From: Octopus sinensis | Taxonomy: Eukaryota | Direction of reading: 5' to 3' | DNA length: 64,000 nt | Assembly: GCF_006345805.1 (NCBI RefSeq) | Contig: NC_043005.1 | Coordinates: 57,660,001 to 57,724,000, forward strand | Shown: one piece after another, positions 50,738-63,264 of the stretch | Numbering within the stretch: position 1 is the stretch's first letter | How the letters are laid out: each line of letters starts with the position of its first letter | Made by a program: the position numbers and the translations under genes | Notes under the pieces: model-generated | The model's database searches: none | Seen by the model: only the letters and a program-made list of their open reading frames with translations | Told to the model about the DNA's origin: nothing

Positions 50738-50900
50738 GGTTGCGAGCTGGCAGAATCGTTAGCACGCTGGGCGGAATGCTTTGCGGTGCTTCGTTCGTCA
50801 CTACATTCTGAGTTCAAATTCGGGGTCGATAAATTAAGTACCAGTTCAGTGCTGGGATCGACGTGATCGACTGTCCCCCTCCCCACAAAATCCAAGCCTT
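50738..50900 (+). mobile_element. SINE-B, internally deleted
   Basis: gcgagctggcagaatcgttagcac...ggggtcgataaattaagtaccag. Confidence 0.75.
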
Positions 50901-50944
50901 CTGCCTATAGTAGAAAAGAATGCCTATAGTAGAAAGGAATTTGG

Positions 50945-51195
50945 TTTTGATAAGTGTGCCAAGGTCACTTTCCGAAAAGGGAAACTGAAGACCTCACTTT
51001 CAGTGGTGTTGGATGTTGACACAGTCGTAAAAGAACTCGAGCAGGAACAAACTTACAAATACCTCGGAATTCAGAATAAATGAGGGCTGTAGCATTCAAC
51101 ATGCAAATATGAAAGAGAAGGTCAGGAAGGAGTATTACAGGAGAGTTCGAGCAGTCAGAGTTAAATGCACGTAACAAGGAGTTAGCTATAACTAT
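50945..51195 (+). pseudogene. Diverged R4-like RT C-terminal fragment
   Basis: DKCAKVTF.KGK...YKYLGI...KEYYRRVR parallels 54090-54330. Confidence 0.7.
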
Positions 51196-51697
51196 ATAAA
51201 GGCACTATCAATTCAATAATATAGCCTAAACAAAGGCCAGTATGCATGGGCGACTGCTGGTCTTCCATAAACAACCTTGCCCAGACTTGTGCCTCGGAGG
51301 GCAACTTTCTAGGTGCAATCCCATTGTCATTCATGACCGAAGGAGGTCACACACACACAAGCCTAAACGAAACGATCCACTACTACAAAACACACTATAT
51401 ACAGTAAATATCGAATGAAATAAACAACATCCAGCAGGACAGATACCTACTTCATTACACATACAAAACACAATACAAACACTAATACAACAAAAGACTG
51501 TGCCCCATCTCAAAAAGAGAAAAGAGAAGGAAACTGACGCAATACAATACCGGAAAGAGTTTGCACACTTCCAACAACAAAAACACACAATGCCGCACAC
51601 ACACACACCAGCAACACAGAGGTGTAGCAGATGATGCAATAGAAATTTGCCTGAAACTACCAGATGTTGAACAATGATAATAATAATAAACAACAAC

Positions 51698-51729
<32 letters not shown>

Positions 51730-51737
51730 TGATGATG

Positions 51738-51820
<83 letters not shown>

Positions 51821-51882
51821 TGATGACAACAACGACAGCAACAACAACAACAACGACAACAGCAACAACAATAATATTAATA

Positions 51883-51939
<57 letters not shown>

Positions 51940-51943
51940 GTAA

Positions 51944-52005
<62 letters not shown>

Positions 52006-52006
<1 letters not shown>

Positions 52007-55000
52007 CTCATGTTGTTCATTATGTCCCGCAAATAAAACCCAAAAGACACAAATGGACACGTGAGGAATACATTTCTATCCTACACGCATACTTCACAGC
52101 AGTGCTCTACCCAAAAAATGAAAACACAACAACACATACATATAAAATATGGAAGGAAAATAACATAAATATAGACTTGGATACAGCAATGAACCCTAAT
52201 AAACTAGCTAACGTACGAAGATACATTCTCAACGCAAAAAAAAATATCAGAAATAGAAATAGAATATCTAAAAGAAAAAATACACCAGGAAAATGTAGAT
52301 AGAAGCCACACAACAATGCCCAATAATATAAACACTAAAACAGTAAAACACGAAGACAAACGTAACATTCCCAACATACACGATGTAAACAAAAAACAAC
52401 AAACCCAGACCGTAAGGATGCATAATAATACACGACAAACAGCAAGCCAAAACACGGCAAACAAACATATAAATAAGAAAGAAAGCGACACAAATCTAAA
52501 ACCTGGAAACAACGAAGGGGAGCCTAATGATTATGATAATATAAAAAGTAAAATAATCAAAGAACTGAAAACCACAGAGCTCAAAATGGACCACCGACCA
52601 TACCTCCCAAAAATCAAAATAGACGAAACAACAACACCAATTATAAACAGCATAAACCTAGCCGTCACGGAACTAATAGTCACTGAAGCAAAAAGTGATA
52701 TCACTGAGCTAAATGACTTAGCCTACGCAGCAGCCACTGCAGCCACAAAAGAAGCTGGATACTCACTCAAACCCATCCAAACAGGAGTACCACCACCCAA
52801 ACAAACCCTGTGGATAAATAACATCCAAAACAAAATACAAAAAATGAGAAAAGATCTGTCGATTCTTAATGAAATCAGTAGACAATCAACGCTACTGAGC
52901 AACAAAAAGAAAACAAAAATACTCCGCAAATATAACATCACAGAAAAAGATTTACCTGAGATAAAAGAAAAGCTGAAGCAAGATATCCTTGCCAAAGCAC
53001 AAAGGATCCACCGGTACGAGAAACGCCAGCGCTTCTTTGAACAAAACAAAAAGTTCAACTCCAACCCCAAAAAGTTCTACAAAGAACTTGGCAAAAATAA
53101 AATAGAAATCACTGCAGCACCAACGGCAGAAGAAGTGGAAGAATTCTGGAGAGAAATATGGTCGGCGAACGAACAACAAAAAAAAAAGGGAGTATTAAAA
53201 CAACAAACTCAGCATCTGAGCAACTTTGGACCCCCATAACAACTGAAGAGGTCACCAAGGCACTGCAAAGACTAAGCAACTGGAAGGCACCTGGGCATGA
53301 CAAGATCCCCAACTTCTGGTTGAAATATCTAACAGGAATGCACAAAAAGCTGGCTGAAAACTTTAACAACATACTAGCAGAGCCAGAGACAATGCCTGAA
53401 TGGCTCACGAAGGGGAAAACCATCTTAATTCCCAAATCAAAGGAGACAGCAAAACCAGAAAACTACAGACCAATAACCTGTCTCCCTACAATGTACAAAG
53501 CATTTGCTGCAGTGATATCGCAAAGGTTGAACAAGCACCTGGACGAAAACAACCTGTTTCCAGAAGAGCAGAAAGGATGCCGCAAATGCTCATATGGCTG
53601 TAAAGATCAACTAATGATTAATAAAGCCATAACTGAAGACAGTCACAGAAAGAAGAAAGGCCTCAGTATGGCCTGGATCGACTACAAAAAGGCGTTTGAT
53701 AGCGTCCCCCACACATGGATCCTCGAAAAACTAGCCATTAACAAAGTTGCACCAACAATTATAAAATTCATAGAGCACTCTATGAATAAATGGCAAACAG
53801 TGCTACAGCTCCAAACAAAAGAGGGACTCATGAAAACAAACCAAAGCCATCCCCATTAGAAGAGGAATATTCCAGGGAGACACGCTCTCTCCACTCCTTT
53901 TCTGCTTGGCACTGTCACCTCTATCTGATATGCTAAATAGAACTGGATGCGGATATAAATGTTACGGCAAAACGATCAGCCACCTTTCATATATGTGGAT
54001 GACCTAAAACTATACGCTGCAAATGACAAACAGCTAGAAACACTATTAAAGACAGTTCATGGATTTACCAAAGAAATAGATATGAAATTTGGATTAGAAA
54101 AATGCGCCAAAGTAACTCTGAAAAGAGGAAAACTAGTTAAGAGTAGCAACATCACACTAGATAAAACCAATGAAATAAAAGAACTAGACCAAAGCCAAAC
54201 TTACAAATACTTAGGAATCCATGAACTAGATAAGACACAACACACACAAATGAAAGAGGAAATAAAAAAAGAATATTATAGACGAGTTAGATCAATACTA
54301 AAAACAGAGCTCAATGCTAAAAACAAGATAATAGGTATTAACACTTTAGCTGTCCCAGTTATAAGTTACAGCTACAATATCCTTAACAGGACACTAAATG
54401 AACTGAATAGATAGGAAAACAAGAAAAATAATGACAGGATCTAGGATGCATCACCCAAAATCTGACATAGAAAGACTATATATACAACGTATAGAAGGTG
54501 GTAGAGGCCTTATACAGCTGGAAAACTACTATAAAATAACCACCATAGGACTGCAAAAATATCTACTTCAGAAGGAAGGAAAACTTATACAAATAGCGAC
54601 AAAACACGAGCAAAACAAAAAACTGTTCTTAGTATTTAAGGAAGCTGACAAATACAAACAAGAAATCATACCACCTAATAAATATGAAGAAGAAGAAGAA
54701 GAAGAAGAAGAAGAAGAAGAAGAAGAAGAAGAAGAAGAAGAAGAAGAAGAAGAAGAAGAAGAAGAAGAAGAACAAGAACAAGAAGAACAAGAACAAGAAG
54801 AACAAGAACAAGAACAAGAAGAAGAAGAAGAAGAAGAACAAGAAGAACAAGAAGAAGAAACAACAAAAGCTATAAAACAAATGAAATCCAAACTAAAAAT
54901 AGAACAGCAACGAACCATGATAAAACGATGGCAAGAAAAGCCCCTTCATGGTAAAAACTGGACTAAACTAAACGCAAAAGAAATAGACAAAGAAAAATCC

Positions 55001-55811
55001 CAGCAATGGTTGAGAAGCTCAGGACTCAAAGCAGAGACAGGGGGACTTTTAATTGCAGCACAAGACCAAAGCCTCCCCACCAGAAATTACCAAAAACATG
55101 TAATGAAAAGAAATATAATAAGTAACTGCAGAATATGTGGAGATGGACAAGAAACAATAAATCATATTATCTCTGGCTGCCCAGTCCTGGCTAAGAAGGA
55201 ATACATTCACAGACATGACAGAGTTGGAATCTACATACACTGGAAACTATGCCAACATTATGGAATAACAAACAGAAAAAAGATGGTATAGGCACACACC
55301 AGAAAAGGTCACAGAAAACGAGAAAGCAACCATACTCTGGGATATGCCGATACACACAGATAGAAAAATTAAGGCCAACAGACCAGATATAGTTGTCAGA
55401 GATCATGAAGAAAAAAATGCTTTCTAATTGATGTATCAATACCGGCTGATGACAACGTGTCTCTAAAAGAAATGAAGTAACTTTCAAAATACAAAGACCT
55501 AGAAATAGAGGTAACTAGAGTGTGGAATCTGAAAACAGAAACAATCCCTATCATAGTAGGTGCATTAGGCATGATAAAAAAATATTCAGACAAATACATA
55601 ACAAAAACACCAGGACTTACAAACACATATAACATACAGAAAATTGCACTACTAGGCACTGCACACATCCTACGCAGAACACTTTCCATACAATAACCAT
55701 CAGAGCATCACAACAAATCACAGCACATACCCAAGGCACACAAAGCTGCGCTCGGTAGTGAAGTGAAAGCACGCTATATAAATAAAACTACTGAATAATA
55801 ATAATAATAAT
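52006..55811 (+). mobile_element. Near-full-length R4/Dong-like RLE non-LTR retrotransposon (frameshifted)
   Basis: RHKWTREE N-terminus; RT motifs KAPGHDKIPNFWLK, YRPITCL, DYKKAFDSVPH, GIFQGDTLSPLLF, YVDDLKL; CCHC CRICG...HIISGC...RHD; RLE RPDIV...IDVSIP...GALG; (TAA)n tail at 55796-55811. Confidence 0.9.
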
Positions 55812-56279
55812 ATTTTGCACGAGTTTGTTCGTGGCGATGTACGGGGAACTACGATGGCGACTCGTACGAACAAAAGTTGCTATTAAATATACGCACATCT
55901 GGAGGTCGAGTCGAGACCTTGTTGCATATTTGAGAACTAGTTTTATTGAAAGTGTATCAATTATTTACAGTAGATGACGCCCATATAACTCTGCTTATTT
56001 CGTTCTGTATAATTAATTTGTCGATCATTTGGTCACGGATTGTTTGGTTTTATTGACACGAAAGATTCCAGTGTTGTCACGATACAATTGAAGAAAGTAT
56101 GATCGTAAGTATACGGAGTGGTTTATTATGCAACTTAGTCATTAACTCGGAAGGAAGCGAAGATTAACGCAGGCAGCTATCAATAAAACAAACGAACAAG
56201 CACGCACACATATAAACACAGACATAGACACAGACACACACACACATAAACACACACACACACACATACACACAGAAGA

Positions 56280-56301
56280 TACAAAGTAGATAGATAGATA
56301 A

Positions 56302-56394
<93 letters not shown>

Positions 56395-56395
56395 T
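56280..56395. repeat. (GATA)n microsatellite (another at ~56808-56905)
   Basis: Direct reading. Confidence 0.95.
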
Positions 56396-56482
56396 GTAAA
56401 TAGAGAGACGTACATGGATGTTTATAGATATATGTCTATATATATGAGGATAGATAATATTGTGTGTATATAAAGGTAAAGA

Positions 56483-56727
56483 ACCCCTTCGGTCATGAAT
56501 GACCTTGGAATTGCCCTTAGAAAATTACCCTCCGAGGCACAAGTCCATGCAAGGCTGTTTATGGCAGACCAATATACCGGCTTCCTCTTTTCACGCCACC
56601 GAACTGGAGCAATGGTAAATAAAAAGTATGTTGCTCAAGAACATAACATACAGCCCGTTCCAGGAATCGAGCTCACTACCTCATGATTGGTAGCCCGACG
56701 CTCTAACCACTGACCCATATGCCTTCA
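56483..56727 (-). mobile_element. SINE-E (tRNA head; 3' end ggtcattcatgaccgaagggg); partial + copy at ~51237-51348
   Basis: Minus strand gaaggcatatgggtcagtggttagagc...tcgattcc head; 3' half shared with 51237-51348. Confidence 0.7.
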
Positions 56728-56808
56728 CACGCTTACACACACGCACACACACACAAGCACACACACACAAATATATATGTATGTATATACATAAGGATAG
56801 ATACATAT

Positions 56809-56890
<82 letters not shown>

Positions 56891-57119
56891 GAGATAGATA
56901 GATAGACACTTGGCCTTGGTGCCGCGTGGTGAGAATGGATCTAAGAATATATGGCTGGGAAGCAAGCTTCTTTATCATATAACACACCTACGCCTGTGTG
57001 TGTCTATGTGTGAATACACACACACACACACACACACACACCACACATTTATAGATTTCACGCCTCAGAGTCCTCGATTTCTCTTGCCCAGGTTAATTCT
57101 GCAAGAGTAGACAACAACC

Positions 57120-58900
57120 TATTGTCAAGAGTCTCCACGTTGTCCCCGATAAAGCAGTTTTCTAAGTATATCCTACCCTCATGTCAATCCCAATTTCTCC
57201 AACAAATTTCTCAAACGTAGTTTATAAAATTCTACTAATACTCCTATAATTATGGGGATGACGGTTACTTTCTTCATTGCCCACATTCGTGGGCAATGCT
57301 TGTGCTTCTCAGTCTTTTCCAGTTCTTTATAACTACAACAATGTCTGGTTTCCGAGCATCAATCACTGAATCACAGTAGTCTGTGAAATCCAACAATATC
57401 TATTTCTTTACTACCCACAAGGGGCAAAACACAGAGAAGGAAATCCAACAATATTTTATACTCATTATTCTCGATCACACCTGGTTTATGCTCGTTTCAT
57501 GTCAATTTTCTCTCAAACAATCTCCATGCCTAGCTACGTTTTAATGCTTCCTTTTGTATTCATTTTGTAGGCGCATTACCCCTCTTGACTGCGGGTAAAC
57601 AAGCTGGCTATACAGAGACAGGGAGCGTTACACAACATTAAGGCTCAGACGTGTGATCACATCTCTTCTTTCTGCACTGGGACCTTGAACTGTAAAGGTG
57701 TGATCTAGCCTCTCTCAACAACAACCAGCTAGCAGATAGGAGCATAGCACAGAAGACTGTAACGGGAATTAGTTGCTTCTTGCACTTTTGGGGTGCAACT
57801 CGGATGCATTCACAATTTCCGTTCCTTTAATTTCCAGATTCTACCAGTCAAAGAACACAAACGCAACAGTAAAAAATATATACTCTTTATTTTTCTTATA
57901 ACAGTAAGAAATAAGGTGGTATATTTGGTTCCACTTGGGTCTGGATGTGGCAAGGCTGAACTTTAACGCTTGTAAGATTTTACAAGTTCAGCAGCAAACA
58001 GAGCTGGTCAAATATGGCGTCCTTAGAGAGCGAAGAAAATACGGTCTGCAACAATTTGGTATCGAGAGTCTTCTGCTGACTGCTACGTGTCTCTGGACGC
58101 TTTTTGATTAAGGTTCACGCTCCCTCGCCTCCTGTCAGCTAAATGCCACATCATCATTTCCTTCTTCCTGTCTTCGCGCATGCGCGAGAGGGCACTTACC
58201 CTCTGCCTTTCCAGAAGGCTCCAATCCCACACACGCGAACTGAAGATGACGTTGCGCGCACGCGCACTGTTGGATAGCGTCACTACAAGACCATGGCCTT
58301 TACACACCAACCATTCTATATTTATCATTCCATTGTGTATATAAGTGTGGCCACAATAAACGTCGTTTAAAGTTGCAACCTCGCTTGTATATGTTTTTCA
58401 TCTGGGTTTACTACCAGCGAAATTACAGCCTTCAGAGAGTCATATTTGGTGGCTCATAACGACCTACACCATCTAAACTTTCTACCCAATTTGCTACGCT
58501 CACTCATAGTGTGTGAAACTGCGTCATTTTTTACGCCATACATCCTACAAAGTGACAATTCATTATTCTTATCTATTTGGAACTTGATGTAATTAGTTCT
58601 CAGAGCTTGTTCCTGGGCGTTGCATATCAATGCCTCAACGTGTTCTTTCAGATCACTTTTCCGTAGCCACACTCCAGGTGTTGGTCTTGTCTTTCCCTTC
58701 CATTTCTCTGAGGTTTTACCCATAAATCGCTTTCAATTTCCAGTTGTTCAATCTTTGTTTCTCCGTCTTGTTTCTTAAATTCTTTTGGGTGTGTCACATA
58801 TTCATTAGGTATCGCGTTGCTATTTCTAATAGTGATCAGAGGTTTTGATGGAAATGTCCCACCAATGTATACATGTATTCAATAACAGAAGTGCTGTATA
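57120..58900 (-). pseudogene. Old R4-like RLE LINE 3' region split by a ~0.9-kb unclassified insertion and a SINE-B tail
   Basis: 58723-58480 AQEQALRTNY...CRM...SKL; resumes at ~57570 with QNEYKRKH...EHKP...YKILLDF...RKPDIVV; SINE-B fragment has TSD gaaatccaacaatat. Confidence 0.65.
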
Positions 58901-59082
58901 TTTATAGCGGGGCAGTCTGTTTGTAACACTGTATAATGTTTTAACAACAACATTATGTCTTCGTGAGACGTGTTTTGTAAGCATTCAAATATCGTTATTA
59001 TCTTTCCAAATTCTGCTGCATTTTGGTCTGTAAATTTTGGTCTGAAAAAAAACCGACTTCAATGCCGGAAAATATTGTATAA

Positions 59083-59138
<56 letters not shown>

Positions 59139-59216
59139 GTGTGTGTATGTTTGTGTATTCGCGCTTGTTCTTGTATGTATTTTAAATTAGATATGTAGTA
59201 ACATCAGTTTAAGGAT

Positions 59217-59597
59217 GGAAGCACTCCGTCGGTTACGACGACGAGGGTTCCGGTTGATCCGATCAACGGAACAGCCTGCTTGTGAAATTAACGTGTAAGT
59301 GGCTGAGCATTCCACAGACACGTGTACCCTTAACATAGTTCTCGGGGATATTCAGCGTGACACAGAGAGTGACAAGGCCGGCCCTTTGAAATACAGGTAC
59401 AACAGAAACAGGTAGTAAGAGTGAGAGAAAGTTGTGGTGAAAGAGTACAGCAGGGATCACCACCACCCCCTGCCAGAGCCTCGTGGAGCTTTAGGTATTT
59501 TCGCTCAATAAACACTCACAACGCCCGGTCTGGGCATCGAAACCGCGATCCTACGACCGCGAGTCCGCTGCCCTAACTACTGGACCATTGCGCCTCC
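59217..59597 (-). mobile_element. SINE-D full copy, 16-bp TSD
   Basis: tRNA-like head ggaggcgcaatggtccagtag...ggtttcgatgccc; TSD acatcagtttaaggat at 59201-59216 and 59598-59613. Confidence 0.9.
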
Positions 59598-59759
59598 ACA
59601 TCAGTTTAAGGATCATATAGGCGAAAGCAAACCAGCATCACCCAGTAACGCTCCGTAAATGATCGATGTTAACGAAACAGACACTACATACGTATCTATT
59701 GTGCGCTCTCAATGTTGTTTAGAAAATCACTTCCTGTCTCTATGTGCATGCGATTCTTT

Positions 59760-60090
59760 TGCTGAATCGCTAAGTTACGGGGACGTAAGCAAACAAACAC
59801 CCGTTGTTAGGCGGTGGTGACAGACAAACTCAAAGACACGCGTAGATATCCACGCACACACACACATGTATGTATGTATGCATGTATGTATGTATGTACG
59901 TTTGTATGTATGTATGTATGTATGTATGTATGTATGTATGTATGTATGTATGTATGTATGCATGCATGTATGTATGTATGTATGTTGTATGTATGTAGGT
60001 ATGTATGTATGTGTATGTATGTATGTATTATGTATGTATGTATGTATGTATGCATGATGTATGTATGTATGTATATATATATATGTATAA

Positions 60091-60131
<41 letters not shown>

Positions 60132-60272
60132 TAATGGGCTTCTTTCGTTTTCCGTCTACCAAATTCACTCAAGTGGGGCTATAGTGGAAGACACTTCACC
60201 CAAGTGCAGCGCAGAGGGATTAAATACGGAACCGTGTGGTTGGGAAGCAAATTTCTTACCACACAGCCTCAC
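59760..60272 (-). mobile_element. SINE-A with expanded internal microsatellite
   Basis: Head at 60170-60272 and 3' body at 59760-59840. Confidence 0.7.
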
Positions 60273-60281
60273 ACGCACACA

Positions 60282-60324
<43 letters not shown>

Positions 60325-60806
60325 GCACACACACACATATATGCACACACATATATATATATACACGCATATACATACGTGTATATCTGCGTGTGTTTGT
60401 GTGTGTATGTGTAGGCATGTGTCTGAGTCTGTGTGCGTACCAGGACATCCACAATTGCTTCTTTCCTTGACGATGTAGGCCATGAGGAATTAACTTCAGT
60501 GCTATTTATTCAATATGTCTAATTCCAAGTCCTACTCAGGTTACAATATCATAATCCTACCAAATGAGCAGTTTGTCACTACTTGTGCAAGTATGTTGAA
60601 GTAGAAGCTTAACCGAGGAAGTTTTTGCAAGGTTGTCCTCCATACTGACTACAATTATTAAAATAACATTAACCATTAAAGTTATGCCCTCCCCTCCTTG
60701 TCGCATTGCTATCATGTTTCTTAATTGAAAGTTTTGCTCTGTATTAAGTATATTTATTCTTAAATAAACTGCCTTAAGTAACATGCCTGCATATATCTAC
60801 GTGTTC

Positions 60807-60882
<76 letters not shown>

Positions 60883-60883
60883 A

Positions 60884-60937
<54 letters not shown>

Positions 60938-61231
60938 TACGACAGACACCCTACATTTCTTCTACATTTGCTTTGTATGTCATAAGTAATATTACAAAGA
61001 TGAGTGGTTGCTTAATCTCTTTACTGGAAGCAGACTGGATGATGATAACACTGGCCAACTAAAAAATAAATTATCGTCTGCTACTCAGACAAATGGTGAT
61101 GTACTAAACCAAATCGAGTACACTGATTCCTAATCTGAACTCAGAATTGCTGTTACACGTCAGGATTTTGAGTTATGTGCATAATTATATATTAATACTA
61201 TATTAATATCAGGAATAGTTGAGGTCAAGGT

Positions 61232-62122
61232 AAATAGTCATCGACTAAAATAATATAATATAACATTTAGGAGTGACCCTAACGGGTCATTCGTCCACCA
61301 GAGAGCATAACTCAGCACACTAACTCACCGCCAAGTAGTAGTAATTCAGAAATTAGGTGAAAATTTAAAAATTTTACCTAATTCATCTTTTAGACGTTGC
61401 AACGTTCTGTGTCATTAATGATTAATTAGCTTATTAATTAAATTAAGCTAATCTACCATAGGTTACACTTCATCAGTAAAAAACCTGGGAGAGTGAGTTA
61501 TGGCTGCTCTTTCTGGTGGACGAATGACCCGTTAGGGTCACTCCTAAATTGTTATATTTATATATTTAGTCGATGACTATTTTCTCTTTTCCACCAGGCC
61601 GCTGGTAGCGATAAATTTCTATTGAATTTTTTTGCTACCCTAAATTGACTAATTGATAATTTTCTGAATAATTCTGAGATTGGAATCGGCAGTTTATTTT
61701 TACTGCTGATAAGTTTGGCGCGAATACGTCAGTCTTGAAAATTTAAGACAGATATTCCGTAGGCATCGATACAGACGCCTCGTGTATATTTGTCTCTCCC
61801 AGGTTTTTTACTGATGAAGTGTAACCTATGGTAGATTAGCTTAATTTAATTTAATTAAGCTAATTTAATCATTAATGACACAGAAACGTTGCAACGTCTA
61901 AAGATGAATTAGGGTAAATGTTTTTAAATTTTCACCTAATTTCTGAATTACTACTACTTGGCGGTGTGAGTTATGGCTGCTCTTCTGGTGGACGAATGAC
62001 CCGTTAGGGTCACTCCTAAATTGTTATTTTATATATTTAGTCGATGACTATTTTCTCTTTTCCACCAGGCCGCTGGTAGCGATAAATTTCTATTGAATTT
62101 TTTTGCTACCCTAAATTGACTA
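61232..62122 (+). mobile_element. Second non-autonomous Penelope-like/retrozyme-type element (inverted arm + 473-bp-period partial tandem)
   Basis: 61232-61493 is approximately the reverse complement of 61794-62053; 61493-61651 is repeated at 61966-62122; ends in (TA)n; hammerhead at 61805-61904. Confidence 0.75.
61805..61904 (+). ncRNA. Type I hammerhead ribozyme motif
   Basis: ttttta-CTGATGA-a-GTGT...ACAC-a-GAAA-CGT-tgca-ACG-TC-taaaga; palindromic stem III; stem II junction is non-canonical. The antisense copy at ~61387-61482 has GAAC instead of GAAAC. Confidence 0.65.
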
Positions 62123-63264
62123 TATATATATATATATATTGTCCCATCCTTTTCCTTTGCCTGGAAGGATAAGCAGTTTTCATCTATCTGGTGGCCATGG
62201 CGAAAGGGGTTGTGTGGTGACCAAACTGATAGGGCTGGAGATGGACGCCTTCCTCTTTGGCCAAGCCCTCACCAATTTTTAAGATTTCACATAAAATGGA
62301 AAACAAAAATGAAGAGAAAAGTGCTGGCGCTGAGCAAAATTTTTGAAAGATGGGTATGAGGGAGAAGAACAGTGATGATATACGCCGGCAGATTGAACTA
62401 TATTCTCGTATCAACTAATAATAATTCTTTCTGACTTTGACACACACCTAGCAATTTTGAAGGGATGGATTACTTTACCTGCTCTTCATTTTATCAACCC
62501 AGAAAGAATGAAAAGTAAAATTGAGCTTGGTGGGATTTGAACCCAGAGTGTAAAGAGTCAGAAGAAATGCCTTGAGGCTATACAAGTTCTGCCAGATTGC
62601 TACTATAGACTAACTAATAAGAATTGGGAATAATTAGGGCAGCTTTGTACTTCCCACGGTCGCCACAAAGTGAATGTGTGTGCGTGTATGTGTGTGTGTA
62701 TATGTGTGTGTGCATGTGCATATGCAAGTTTGCATGTGTGTGTGCAACATACACACACGTGTGTGTGTGTGTGCAACAGAGCATTTATGCCGTGTCTACA
62801 TTTTTAGAATGTAGACATTTAATAGACTGTCTTAGTTTCAGTTTGGTAATCACTTGATAGAATTCAATAGCCATTTCGGAATATGATAGCAGCGGTCTCA
62901 GATGTTTGCTAGATGTCACACACACACACACACATACACACAGACACACACAGACACCACACACACACACACACACACACATACACACAACACACACAAC
63001 AGACACACAACACACACACACACACACTTTCTACCTCTCTCTTTCTCTCTCTCTCTCTTTCTCTCTCCTCACATGTACACATACACATACTCATATATTC
63101 ATGCATACACGGCCTCAGTGGCACACATAATAACCCAGCGCACCATTCTTCATATATTTTTTATTTATATAATTTCTGTCTTCTTCATTAATCACCATTC
63201 ATCCCACCATCGTCCGTCACATTCTCCTTTATGTTACTTTGCTTTCTGTATGGATATATTTTAT

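Noticed and set aside
51625-51665. Hammerhead-like gcagatgatgcaat...tgaaactac and a possible GIY-YIG tail upstream
   Set aside because: The core is altered (CAGAUGA), there is no valid stem III or cleavage triplet, and the peptide similarity is too weak to call by eye.
58184-58232. CTGAAGA followed by a 7-bp stem
   Set aside because: No GAAA follows the stem, so it is not a hammerhead.
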